From Callorhinchus milii (Eukaryota), in assembly GCF_018977255.1 (NCBI RefSeq), contig NW_024704743.1, forward strand, positions 6,202,001-6,266,000: a DNA stretch of 64,000 bases, given 5' to 3'. This document shows, one piece after another, positions 1-19,396 of the stretch. A model generated the notes under the pieces. That model saw only the letters and a list, made by a program, of their open reading frames with translations, searched no databases and was not told the origin of the DNA. Made by a program: the position numbers and the translations under genes. Position 1 is the stretch's first letter; every line of letters begins with the position of its first letter.

Positions 1-2512
1 TCTTGCAATGACCTATCCTCCTCAGTCGATCTCCTCCACAACTCCATCTCCTCCACTCTCGATTCCCTTGCACCCCTCTCTTCCCGAACAGTCTGCTATC
101 TACGCACTTTAGCATTGTACACCAGCCACCTCTGCTCCCTTAAAGCACAGATAGGTGCTGCTGAACACCCCTGGCTCGAATCCAACTTAACAGTCCATTG
201 GCAGATCTGGCTGGACATTACCAAATCCTACTGCTCCAACCTTGTCTCCGCTAAATCGTTGTTCTACTTCAAAACAATCTTGGAGGCCAAGGACAACCCC
301 AGGCTCGTCTTCTCCATCACAGAATGGCTCCTCCGACCACCCTCTCATGCCTTGCCCATCTGCTCCTCCAACTCCAGCTATGAGGCGGTGCTGAAATTAC
401 TCAAAACCAAAGTTGAGGGTTTCCGCTCAGCTGTCTCTGACCTTCCATCTACTACCCCCTCCCCATCTACATCTTACACCCCAGCTCCCACCCATCCCTC
501 CCTCCACACCTTCGAACATGTCTCCCATTCCTCTTTCACCACCACTATAACCCACATGAAACCGACCACCTGCTCCCTCGACCCCATCCATAACCCTTTT
601 CTCACTTCCCAGCTCTACCATGCACCCCTACTCACGGACATCATAAACCTCTCCCTGTCCACTGGCACTGTTCCAACCCCTTTAAAAAAGGCCGTCATCA
701 GTCCTACCCTTAAAAAACCCTCCTTGGACCCATCCCTGCTCTCAAACTACCGCTGCATCTTTTCTTTCCAAGGTCCAGGAACGAGTCGTTGCTTCCCAGC
801 TTCACTCCTTCTTCTCCTGCCACTCCCTTCATCAATTCCTCCAATCAGCATAGAAACAGCTTTGGTCCAAGTGACAAATAATAATAATAATAATAATAAT
901 CCTTGCATTTGATGTAGCGCTTTTCACGTCGGGAGAATGTCCCAAAGTGCTTCACAGAACACACTGTAAAGTGAATTGACTGTATATTTGTGGGAGAACG
1001 CGGCAGCCAATTGCGCACAGCAATGTCCCACAAACAGTCGTAGATTGAAAATGACCAATTTATTATTGTTTTTGGTTTTTTGGAGGGATTATTATTAGGC
1101 TCTGTGTGGAGTAAAGAAACTTGCCCAAGGTTTCGCCCTCTGCCTGAAATTTAACTCAGGTCTCTCACTTGCAAAGTGAGTGCTCTAACCATTGAGCTAC
1201 AGGACTCCACAAATGACATTTTGTCCATCTGCGACCAGGGCTCCTGGTCGCACATGGACAAAATCCAGGGCCCTCCTCATCCTCCTTGACTCTCTGCTGC
1301 CTTTGATCCCATTGACCAGTCTATCCTCCTCCACCACCTCTCCTCTCACTTCAACCTTCATGGTTCTGTCCTTGAATGGTTCAGAACCTACCTCTCACAC
1401 CGTCTCCACTTCATCTCCACAGAGAGTTTCTCCTCTCGCCCCCACATTGTACAGCGTTCCTCAGGGCTCTGTCCTTGGTCCCGTCCACTTCAATATCTAT
1501 ATGCTCCCTCTTGGTGACATCATCCGCAGACATGGGGTCAATTTCCACATGTAAGCAGATGAAACCCAACTCTATCTCCCTGCCTCCGCCCTTGACTCCA
1601 GGACCACTGCTGTCTTGACGGAATGTTTGTTAGACATCAAATCCTGGATGAAAGCTAACTTTCTTCAGTTCAGCGTCAAGATGACCGAGGCTCTCCTGAT
1701 TGGCTACTGTCAGAGTCTCCACAACTCGGATGCTGACAGCATCACCATCCAAGTTTGCACACTCCACCTTTCTAAGCTAGTCCGGATCCTTGACCATCTT
1801 ATTTGACCCTCATCTATCTCTTCTACCCAACATCCATGCCATCATGTGCTCTGCCTTCTCCCACCTCCGCAACAATGCACGGCTACGCGACTATCTCACA
1901 CCACAGGACACTGAAACCCTCATACACACATTCATAACATCCAGGCTTGACTATGCAAATTCCCTGCTTGTCGGACTCCCCAACTCTTCCCTCCATAGGC
2001 TGCAGATTATCAGAACTCTGCAGCCTGTGTCCTCTCCTGCACCAGGCTCCATGACCCTATCACCCACATCCTTACCCGACTCCACTGGCTTCCCATCACA
2101 CAGAGCATACAGTTCAAGATCCTGGTCCTCACCTTCAAAGCCCTCCATGGTCTTGCTCTCCCCTACCTCTGCAACCTCCTAACCCTCCATCAACTTCCCA
2201 CTCTGTCCGCTCAGTGGGCTCTGGTTGGCTTCATGTCCCTCCCTCGCTCCGCCCATCATTGGACCTACAGCAACTCTGCCCCCACCCTCTGGAACTCCAT
2301 CCCACAGTCCGTTTGCCTCGCCCCCTCCCTTACCTCTGTCAAGATCCATCTGAAGACCCTTCTCTTCGATCATGCCTTCTATTACCCTCCTTCCCCCTTG
2401 CCCTCCACCCTCCCCAAGTTTGACCCCCAGCTCGGGTCCTGATTGTCCAGCGTCCTACGATGTCCTCCCGACATGAAGGGCGTTACACAAATGCAATTTT
2501 ATTTTTGTTGTT
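1..2512 (+). mobile_element. Degraded L2-clade LINE (RT region + 3' tail) with nested SINE
   Basis: Frameshifted RT motifs (KPTTCSLDP, VPQGSVLGP, FITSRLDYANSLL). Ends in a stem-loop and (TTG)n tail near 2450-2512. Confidence 0.85.
880..1208 (-). mobile_element. tRNA-derived SINE, full length, with target-site duplication
   Basis: tRNA-like head GGAGTCCTGTAGCTCAATGGTTAGAGC, (ATT)n tail, and a TSD ACAAAT at 874-879 and 1209-1214 within the L2. Confidence 0.88.
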
Positions 2513-3617
2513 GTATGTATCCTGTTAAGTGTTTTTGGACATCTTTCTTCTTTGCTCTTATTTTAGGACAGGCTCAGATACATATTACCAAAAAAAAAAT
2601 CCTTTATTCAAATGCTTTTCTTTCTGTTTATTTTTCTCTCTCCAGTCTCTGTTTTCCAATCTCTTCCGTGCTCCTATTCATTATTCATTACTCGGTCTCC
2701 CCATTCTTTTGCACTCAGCAAAGAAGCATAGAATGTTACATTTGAACCAGGCCATTTGGTCAATCATGTATGTGCTGCTATTTTCCCAACTTAAATCATT
2801 TTTTGATTTGACTGCCATGCTTAACCATCCCCATGCTTAAGAGTATCCAAAACAAGATGAGAATTCCATGCATCCCATTTACATGTGGAAATTCCAGAGA
2901 TCTTGCTGGAATGGAATGCGCAGTCCCTACCCGGAGGGATGCTTCCTGTTTACCTAATTCCAGAAAGTATTAAGCACAAGTTGGCAAGAGCCAAAGCTTG
3001 GCGACTCGAGAGTGTGCATTGGTGTACTGCTGGACTCTAAGCAGCCCAAACCACATAGCTTGCCATTAATATTGCTAACCGGCAAGGTTTTCTGCTGCTT
3101 GTCCAGCTAGCACCACCCTACACGTTAGGGAATTGGCTTGCAGGGTTAGCATGAGCCGAGTGGGAGGATTCCCCGCCCCCAGTGACTGTTCTTCCCTTCC
3201 AAGTCCTGCTGATGAGCCAGGCTGGCTGTGCAGTCACCAGCAGTGCCCTGGAGCACAACAGAACCATCTGGCTCAGGAATAGGAGTACCGAGACCACCAC
3301 ATTCCCACATCCCATTGCCAAACATGTCACCTTGGAGCCAGTTCAGCTCCAAGGAGGCCCTTGCATACCTCTGCCCCAAGGACGATAATTAATCTAATCC
3401 CATGCTCTGCTTGTTTCCTATGCTCTTTCATATTTCTCTTCGGCAGGCATCTACCTTTCAAAATAATTTATGAAACTAGCTTCAACTATAGCAATAAATA
3501 ATAATAATCGTTGCATTTGATGCAGCGCCTTATCACATCTTCAAGACGTCTCAAAGCACTTCACAGAATATACTGTAAAGTGAGTTTTCTGTATATTTTT
3601 GGCAGGAATGTGGCAAC

Positions 3618-5317
3618 TACAACAACAACAACAAGATTCCATTTATAGAGCGCCTTCCACGTCAGGAGGACGTTCCAAGGTGCTGTACAGTTGGGTCAGG
3701 ACCTGAGCAGGGGGGAAATGGTCAGGGTGAGGGAAGGGAGGGATTGAGGAGGGGGTAGAGAGTCAAGAGGGGAGCTGAAGGCACGGTCAAAGAGAAAGAT
3801 CTTGAGACCGGCCTTGAAGGAGGAAAGGGAGGAGGCAAGGCGAAGGCACTGGGGGATAGAGTTCCAGAGCCTAGGGGCTGAGAGGCTGAAGGCCCGGCCA
3901 CCGATAGTAGGGCGGTTGAGGCGGGGGATGTGGAGCAGACCAGAGCCAGAGGAACGGAGGGTACGGGCAGGTAGGTAGGGGGATAGTAGGTCGGAGAGGT
4001 AGGAGGGAGCGAGGCCGTGAATGGTCTTGTAGGTGAGGATAGGGATCTTGAATTCGATCCTCTGGGGGATCGGGAGCCAGTGGAGGAGAGTGAGAGTGGG
4101 TGTGATGTGGTCCCGAAGCCTGGTGCGGGACAGTACACGAGCTGCAGAGTTCTGAATGACCTGCAGCTTGTGGAGGGAGGTGCCGGGAAGGCCGGCGAGG
4201 AGAGAGTTCCCATAGTCCAGCCTTGAGGTGATAAAGGCGTAGACCATAGTTTCAGCAGTGTGAGGGGTGAGGTAGTGCCGTAGTCTGGCGATATTCCGGA
4301 GGTGATGGAAGGCGGTGCAAGTTGTGGCGCGGATATGAGGGAGAAAGGACAGCTCAGGGTCGAACAGAACACCAAGGTTCCTGACTGGCTTTGAGAGGTG
4401 GAGAGTGCAGCCTTGGATGCTGATGGTGTCAGCGCCTGAGGTGCGGAGGCGCTGACGTGAGCCAATCAGGAGGGCCTCAGTTTTACGCACGTTGAGCTGA
4501 AGAAAGTTGTCTCTCGTCCAGGACTCGATGTCGGACAGACAGCTGTCAGGACATCGGTGGTCGTGGAGTTGAGGGTAGAGGAGGAAAGGTAGAGTTGGGT
4601 GTCATCCGCATACATGTGGAAGTTAACCCCATGTCTGCGGATAATGTCACCAAGGGGGAGGATATAGACGGTGAAGAGGAGGGGACCGAGGACAGAGCCC
4701 TGAGCGACACCGCACAAGACGGGGGCTGGAGGAAAAGCCATTTGTGGAAACAAAGTGAAGACGGTGGGAGAGGTACGACCTAAACCACTCAAGGACAGGG
4801 CCTTGAAGCTTGAGGTGGGAGGACAAGCGGTGGAGGAGGATAGCATGGTTGACCGTATCGAATGCTGCCGATGGGTCGAGGAGGACGAGGAGGCAGAGGG
4901 AGCCCTGGTCACAAATGGTCAGGATGTCATTGGTGACCTTGACCAGGGCAGTTTCTGTGCTATGGGCAGCACGGAAACCCGACTGAAGGGGTTTGAATAA
5001 TGAATGGTTGGAGAGCAAAGAGCGCAGCTGGGAGACGACAACTCGTTCCAGGACCTTGGACAGGAAGGGAGGTTGGAGATGGGCCGGTAGCTGGATAGCT
5101 GCGACGCATCAAGGGAGGGTTTTTTTCAAGGTGGGAGTGATGGTGGCAGTTTTTAAGGGAATGGGAACAGAGCCAGAGGAGAGGGACAGGTTGACGATGT
5201 CTGTGATATGTGGGGCAAGGAGGTGGAGCTGGGAGATAAGGAGTGGAGTGGGGATGGGGTCCAGGGAGCAGGTGGTGGGTTTCAGGATGGGGTGAAGGGA
5301 GCAGGTGGTGGGTTTCA
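3618..5317 (-). mobile_element. Young 5'-truncated L2 LINE nested in a SINE (SINE halves ~3494-3617 and 5318-5410)
   Basis: RT motifs [44 protein letters not shown]; (CAA)n tail at 3618-3635. Confidence 0.9.
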
Positions 5318-6779
5318 GATTGTGTACAGCAGTGTCCCACAAACATTCGTGGATCGAAGCGACCAATTTATTATTATTGTTATTTTTAAGGGATTATTAT
5401 CCCCGGAAAACAATCCGCTAATCGACAACAGAGAAAAAATGCCTGAAGCAATATACTGATGTTGTTGCAAATATGTGGCTGTCAGCAATAGAGAAGGGCA
5501 TTCGTGTTCAGTATATAAACTGATGCTTGCGGGAATTTAAAAACAAACTGCAACTTGTAATGACGAGTTTTAAAAAGTATGGTTTTGTAACAGGGAAATC
5601 CATATCTCAAACACTCTCTGTGTAAAGATTATTTTTCTAACCTTCCCTTCAATTCTTTTTCTTATTATCTGAAATGTAGGCCTTCTCCTTGTTTACTCAA
5701 TAAATGATTCAAATAAGCAATTATTCATTGATTACAGATTTCTTCCTTGTGCTTGTTTTAGGATATTCCTGGATATTTGTTACCAAAAAGAGCAATGATT
5801 TATTCAAATGCTTTTCTCTCTCTCCATTCTCCACTTTCCAGTCTCTCTATTCAGTACTCCTCCTAAAACAGTACATTGTTTTCTGTGGAAATCTAAGGAT
5901 TCCAATACACTTTGTCATAGGAAAAACTTTGCTTCATAATGAGAATAGTAACAATAATACTAACACTTTGTATTGCGCTTTTCACATCAGGAAGACGTCT
6001 CAAAAAATCTAATTCACCGTATTGTCATTCTTCATAATCTTGAACATTTCATGAAACTGTGATTAGTATACATCTGATTCAGCAACTTTTTTACTAATAT
6101 AACAGAGTTTTGGGATTGGCAATTTGGGGTCCGCTAAGTAATGAGTTTGTTATAAAGGGGCCTTAGACTGTCCTGGTTGGTGGGGAGGGAGAGCCTGAGC
6201 AGTATAAAAGCTTTTGTCCAATTCTTTCTGTGTTTTCTCTTTCTTCAGGACTAATAATAATAATAATCCTTGCATTTGATATAGCGCTTTTCACTAGAGG
6301 AGTTCTTGCAGCCTTTGGCACAGGCCAAGGAAGAACGAAAGGTGTCAGACCTAGACACCTGGCCAAGCCGGATCTGCCACAGACTCAGTGATGTAACTGT
6401 ATCTGCAGCCTTGTGTGCAGGGCTGGGAAGAACAAATGAAGTCTGGGGTCGACACACATGGGCAAGCCGGAGCCGCCACGGACACTGTGATAGACCGTTA
6501 ACCTGCACAACCTCCTTCCAAGTGCGTAGATTCAGTGCTATAAGTTGTGATGGAGATGGGAGGGAAACTGCGGGTGAGAGTGAGGCATAAGAGGGGTCTG
6601 CAATACTAACCACTTACAGTGACAGTGAGTAATATCTGTCCCTGCCAGGGATGCTGAGACACCACTGAGGTCTTCCCCTAAACTAAATGAACTGTCTATT
6701 CCTAAAACTCAGTGGTATCAAATAATTCTGACATAATTTTCTTGTCCGAAACCTTAAGAGCTGGCAACTGCAATGGGAC

Positions 6780-8080
6780 ATGTAACTTTGAACATAGGAA
6801 AGGTTTATTGTAATAATAATAATATTAGTGTATGTTGTGTTTCGTGCAGGTGAGTTGTCAATGGTGGTATTTTGGATGAATTGGAGCTCAGTGAGATCAG
6901 TCAGGAGTATGTTAGAAAAGTCAAGGTGAGAGGTAACCAAGATATGATTTGGTGACATTTATTGTGAGTTAGGAGGAAGGGGGTTGGCGAGAAATGTGGC
7001 TGAGATGAAGAGTAGCAGTCTTGTTCAGGGATCAAATATTAGGGAAGGAGAGCTGAGGATTAACCTGAACACCAAAGTTTCCATTGGGTTGATGTGTTTG
7101 AGAGAGACGCCAGGGAAGTTGAGGATGTCAGAGCCAGAAGTGAGGAGACAGGGAGTGCAAAGAGAGGGTGGGAGTGGCAGTAAAGCATTCCAGGTTAGGA
7201 AAGAGGTTGGAGATGGGCCAATAGTTGGAGAGTTTGGAGGGATCAAGGGTTGTTTTTTAGAGAAGGGAAAGAGGAGTCCACGCTCTTGTCACATTCCTGT
7301 CCCCACTACTCCAATGACCTGCTCCCCAGTAACCCCAGCTCCACTACCTTCAAAATCCAACTAACTTAAAACTTCCCGTATACTCACCAGCTCTAAACTC
7401 CATATCCCCATCCCATCAGTCCTCACCAATCTTCACCTGCTCCCAATCACAGAAAGGATTGACCAAGATCCTCACATTCATCTGCAAATCCCTTCATACC
7501 CTGGCAACTCCCTGTCTGTCCGACATGCTTACTCTTCACTCCGCCGCCTGCCGCCTCGGCTTGGCTGGCTCCGACTTCCTGCTGATTCCTCATCCCCTCT
7601 GCTCCACCATCGGCAGTCATGCTTTCAGCCAATATGCCAGCGACCTCTGGAACTCTTGCCCACAATCTCTCCGTCTTTACCCCTACTTCCCTATCTTGCT
7701 GTTCCTGCAAAGATATTCCTGTTCAACCATGCTTATGGTCACTTCCCTCTTGCTCGGATTCAGGCTCTGCCAGTTCTAAGCACTTTTGGAGACGCTACCC
7801 CTCAATGCAAGTTGTTATTGTTGTTGGTGATGACGGTGGCTTTGAGGGAGAGGGGACAGCGCCAGAAGACGGGGACAGCTTGACTATAGCCACCAGCAGG
7901 GAGCGGAGGATGGACAGGCAGCAGTTTGGTGAGGAGAGGAGGTCAAGGGAGCAAGTGATAGGTTTCAGGTGGGTTGTGAGGGTGGAGAGGGACAAGAGAG
8001 AGAAGAGGGTAAAAGTGTGAGGACAGAGGCAGAAGACGTGAGTGCTGGGGGTGTAGGGTGGGGAAGAGGAAGATACACCA
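6780..8080. mobile_element. Cluster of old L2 fragments in both orientations
   Basis: Remnant L2 RT peptides (LVTSHLDFSNILL, KILTFICKSLH, LKPITCSLD) and a + strand tail near 7780-7830. Confidence 0.65.
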
Positions 8081-8859
8081 GTTGCAGGGACAGCATTGTG
8101 TTTCACATCCCATAGAAAGTGGGCAGGTTAGGCTCCATATCAGTTGCACAATCTATTTTATTGAAATTATAGCATTTAAAGTTATGACAAACTAATCCAT
8201 CTGTACTTTAATATTGTTATTAATATTTATAAGCTCGAGTAAAAGTTAATGTTTTACCTTTATGTTCCTAATGTTATATTTCAGAGATATTTTGTAAAGG
8301 TTACATAAAATAATTCATGGAACAGATAAATGAAGGAGCCAGGTTGTTTGGGAGCATGATATATTAAACATTAACTCTGTGTAAAATAACCATAGTCACT
8401 TCATTGTAAACGTACGGGATAACTAGTGAAGCTATAAACTAGGTTGTCACACTGCAAGGGGATTTTGGCAGTATTTGGTGTTAGGTAGTGGAGAAAGATG
8501 AGCAATGTTGCAGAGATGAAGAAAGACAGAACTTTCTGTGAAAATGGAAGAATCTTTGTTCCGTAAGCTTTTATTCAACAAACAATGAACAATATGTTCT
8601 TGACATACAATTTCAAATGAACACAAACATATATAGAAACATATATAAAGATTAATATTAAAAAGAGAACTTTAAAAAGACATGCACCCAAGCAGAATTC
8701 AATGGATTTAACATTGACCGTTATTCAGAATCTAAGTGCAGAAAAGTAGACAGGATATGAAAAGACCACCTGACCAGTCCCATGGAAAAAAATCATATGT
8801 TACTCTATTTCTTAAATACCTTAATCAATGTATTTGCCAAATAGTTACTAAATCCCTCA

Positions 8860-9100
8860 TGAAAGGGCTGACATAATCTGCCTCCACCTGTCCCACAAAT
8901 CCCTCTCTTGTTTACTCCCCTGTCTACCAAGATCCTTAATTTCGTATTCCCACTGTTTATTCTCCGACCTCAATCTCATCAAATGGAATTGATCTGCATG
9001 AAATGAACGCTCGCCTTGTGAGGCTACTTCTGAAGTAATCAATCCCTCTGTGTTTTTCCAGCTACTGTGTAACTGCCCCAGACTGGTATCATCAGCAGAT
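8860..9100 (-). mobile_element. Old CR1-type LINE RT fragment
   Basis: The minus strand reads SKSADDT-like and ...FHADQ...ERDL motifs, resembling CR1 SKFADDT...FNADK...ERDLG. Confidence 0.5.
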
Positions 9101-9949
9101 TTAGATAATTTACATATAATACAAATCTTTCATAGTAGATAGAAAGTCAAAATTCACTGTTTTCTCAGTATCATTGGTATTCACTTTTAAATGCTTGACA
9201 AGATTAACAAAACCTCTGCATTTCAAAGTATATAAATCAGTATTTCCATTGAAAATGTTTTGCCCGCTATCTATGTAACTATGCAAATTTGTGTTCACAA
9301 TATACATTGAAATTCATTGCAAAATTATTACAATTACAATTATTACAAATGTTAATCTTACAATTCTCACAACTAGATGAACAAATATTTTCTTAACAGC
9401 AAATATGTTGGTCCTTATATTTTCAACTGCAAACAAAACATCAAAATACATCAATCTGGAAATAGTGCAGTGTAGAGTGTACAATGTAACTCTAGAAAAT
9501 GTTCAAAAGTTGGAAGTAATATATTGAGCTGCTCTTGATACAATTCCATGAATATGGTTTCAGGTGATATGGTTAGGTCGATATTCTAGAGTTTTAGCTT
9601 CGATTAACTTTGGGAGACGGGAACATACTTGTGAACATTTCCTTAGAATATTAAATGTGCAGATTGGAGTCCAGATAATACACCGTTTGAACGAAACAAA
9701 CTTGATAGGGAATAGGTCTTTTACAATAGAAAGCACCCTTCAGACCATTGTCTTAAAATTCAAAATTGTTTCCAGAAACAGTGCTTAAAAATACCCTGCA
9801 GAAAATGGATCACAAATTAAACCTGAATTTTAATTTCAAATTTAATTTTTGTTTATTAATTTGAATGCCAGTTGTTCTGAATATTCCATTTCTTCAAAAA
9901 TTCTGCGGGAACTTGCATTTTAAGACGATGATCTTCAGATTAAAACCAT

Positions 9950-10475
9950 GAATGCCCTCCTCGCATCCACTGCCATCCATAAAATCCAGATCATTGAAAA
10001 CTCTGCCGCTCGCATTCTCACCCGCACCAAACTCCACTCTCCGATCTCCCCAGTCCTTGCCAGACTGCACTGGCTGCCTATCCAGAGAGGATCAACTTCA
10101 AGATCCTTACCCTTGTATTCAAGTCCCTGCACTCCTCTGCACCCCCCGACCTCTCTGACCTCTTCTCTCCTCAAAACAGTGCCCGATGTCTTCGTTCCTC
10201 CGGGTCTGGCCTCCTCCTCGTCCCCCGAGTCCTCCGCTCCACCCTCGGTGGCCGTGCCTTTAGCCACTATGCCCCGATGCTCTGGAATTCCCTTCCTCAC
10301 TTCCTTCACCTTGCTCTCTCCCTTCCTATTTTCAGGTCCCTGCTGAAGACCTTTCTTTTCGACCACACCTTTGGTCACCTTCACCCCCTCCCCCTGGCTT
10401 GGCCCCAGGATCCGTTACTGTGAAGCTCTCTGAGACGCCGTCCGGCGTGGAGGGCGCTATATAAAGTTGTTGTTG
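9950..10475 (+). mobile_element. L2 3' fragment
   Basis: IQIIENSAARILTRT...LHWLPI followed by the ggcgctatataaagttgttgttg tail. Confidence 0.75.
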
Positions 10476-10807
10476 AAAATTTTGGACCTCAGATAGTCAT
10501 TAATGCGACAATAAAGAGGACAATAAGCTGTGATAAGCAAAAAAAATTCATGGAGTCTGTGAGAATATTTTATAGGGTTTTCTCTACAAAATGCACAGGC
10601 ACAATACTTTACAATAAACCCTATGAAACAATTCCATCTTATTCTCTTGTGTGTCCAGTGTAAAAACAATTGCAGTATTATGATGAAAAAATATAGGAGC
10701 TGTGTAATGCAATGTAATATTGGGTTAAGTACAAAAACATTGTATTGATTATCTCATGTGTTTGGTCTAAACCCAGAGCAGTTTAAGTATGGAAACGTAC
10801 AGAGCAG

Positions 10808-11000
10808 AAAATTACATTTGTATAGCTCCTTTCACATCAGGAGGACGTTCCAAGGCGGTGGACAATCAGTGTTTTGGACCCAAGCTGGGGGTCGGGATCG
10901 AGGAAGTGAAGGGCAGGGGGCGAAGGAGGGTGACCAAAGGCATGGTTGAAGAGGAGGGTCTTGAGATGGGTCTTGAAGGAGGCAAGGGAGGGGGAGAAGA
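10808..11000 (-). mobile_element. L2 3' UTR fragment immediately after the PTCHD3 stop codon
   Basis: Tail motif ttacatttgtatagc...aggaggacgttccaaggcg, shared with the other L2 copies. Confidence 0.7.
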
Positions 11001-11008
11001 TGTCAAGT

Positions 11009-16880
<5,872 letters not shown>

Positions 16881-19396
16881 GGTCTACACTGGGCAGTCAG
16901 CAGACTGAAGCTCTCTCGGATTAAAGCCAATACATTGATGTGTAAAATAACACCTGTACAGGAAGTGTGTCATTCGACTGAAGGCAGGTCCCTGACTCTG
17001 TGCCTCCGGTTTGTGAACTAATGTTCAACTGAGACTTGTAACCCAGTGAACATCACACCCTGTGTACACATACAAGGTTACTGATAATTATTATCCTTCC
17101 GTGGAAAAATCATATTGACTGTTGCTACTGCCCTCTGCCTTGAGGGAACGGAGATGGCTGGTGTACCAGAGGGGGATTTACGTGAGTATGAGGCAGTTCT
17201 GGAGGTGAGGGAGGGACGAGGGAGTCCAGAATGGAGAGGGAGTTGTGGAGAAAAGAGAGTGAGGAGGGGAGGGTCAGGGAAGACCAGAGGTGGAGGAGTT
17301 CAGATGACTCCAGGGCAGTGGAGAGGAAGACGGAGGTACTTTTTTTCCCCACATACGGTGTGTGATAGTGGAGGGTTGAGAAAAGGGAAGGGGTATGGAG
17401 GTGATGAGGAAGATGAAGTGGTGGCTTTATCGATGATGATGATGTCCGAGATGGTGAGGCCCCGGGTGATCACCGGGTCAAGGCGGTCTAGAAGAAGTGA
17501 CAAGGCACTATATCAAATGCAAGGATTAGTCTTATTATTATTATTGGAATTATGTTCAAGGGCAACATTTACTGCCGAACACCAGCCGGGACCATTTGTA
17601 GGGTGGTGAAAAAAACAGTTTGCAAGTGCTCTATGACTCATAGATGGGAATATTCTTAATATGTTAATATTATGACAGGCAAGAGCTCTGCCGTTGTGAA
17701 GCACTCTGGTACCATACCCTGTATAAGGGGTGCTACATGAATGCAAGTTGTTGTTATTGTGTATGTAACTTGTACCTGAGCAGCCCTGTTGTTGGAAAAG
17801 TGTCCTCCGTGTAGCCTCCATGCCTAACTTTCACATGTATGCATGCGGATGACACCCACCTCTATATCTCTGCCTCCATTCTCGACTCCGGGACCACTGC
17901 TGTCCTGGCAGAATGTCTGTCAGCCATCAACTCCTGAATGAGAGATAATTTCCTCCAGTTGAATGTCGACATTGCCCACCTCTGCCACTACCTCTTCCCT
18001 CAGGTTGGCAAGACCCTCATCCACACTTTCGTGCAGTTGGCTGCCACAATTTTGCACCCAGAAAATATACAGTTAATTAATTTCACAGTATATTCTGTGA
18101 AGCACTTTGAGATGTTTTTAATATGTAAGCTATTACAGGCAGGAGGCATTATAAGTTGAATGATCCAAATTAATTATTCCAAGAATTACATACTTCCTGA
18201 TCGTCGTTGGTATTATGCTAATCATACATAGGTATTTGTGGAATAGTATAAAAGAAACCAGTTCATGCTCATGACAAAGACAGACAGCAACATCAGAGAT
18301 AGAATATGAGGTAAGAGCTTTAAAAACCAAATCAGTAATAACTTTATTCAGAATTTTTTCAAGGAGCTGGTTGATGGAAAATATTTGCATGGAGTAAGTT
18401 CCTTCATGGCAATTTTGCACTTTATTTCAAATATTATGTTAAACTTACACATGGAGCGTTTTGGATCGCTTTCTGTTGCTGTCGTTGTGAATTTTATGTG
18501 TGAAGGACTGTGTGTCTGCAATGTACTACCATCGTTTAGCTTAATACTTTCTTGCATTTTATCTTCATAAATTAAAATCACTTTTGGTTTTGTTTTTAAA
18601 AAGAAATGAAGCTTTGATGAAAACAGTAAAATGATATTGACATCTCAAAATACTATCTGGTTTGCAATGATCATTGAAACAGTTTCATGTTTATTTTTCT
18701 TCATCTCAGAAGCCCAGCCAATACTTTTATATTAACGTGAAAGGCTCAATGTAATGAAAATTGTGTTGACTTGATTTAAGATTATGTGCATGTTGTTCAG
18801 GAATCAATAGCAAATATGATTGCAAAAATAATTTGAGCTTTAGACATGAGTATAACTGTATTTGAATCTAAATTATGTTCCAAATTATATATATTTTTAA
18901 ATAAACATGAATCCAAGTTAAGTTATTTTTACTCAGTATTGTGAGTTTCATAGAAACTGAGAATTTTACAACATACACTGGTTTATAATTGTAACATCTA
19001 TTTCTAACAGAAGATTTTGCATATGAGAATCCTTTAGAAAGTTATTGGTGGCAGAGGTCACAGACAAGTGATTTGCATGATTTTTGAATGCAGCTGAAAC
19101 TCCAGGCGTTTGAACGGTTAGTAGGTAAGAAATCAACGGAACTTATTGTCTCGTAAAATAGGAGCCAAAGGAGTTAACTGCTGAACCCTTGGTGATTTAA
19201 CACACACATGGTCTCTAATAGTGTGCAGCCAATTGCGCACAGCAGTGTCCCACAAACAGTTGTGGATTGAGTGACCAAATTATTATTGATTTTTTTCTTG
19301 AGGGATTATTATCAGGAGTGTGGAGTAAGGAAACTGGCCAAAGATTTCGCCCCACCAGGAATCGAACTTGCAAGACAAGTGCTCTAAAAGTGTGCT

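Noticed and set aside
9110..9800. Short ORFs downstream of PTCHD3
   Set aside because: AT-rich with stops, no recognisable domain or consistent splice frame; likely UTR or intergenic.
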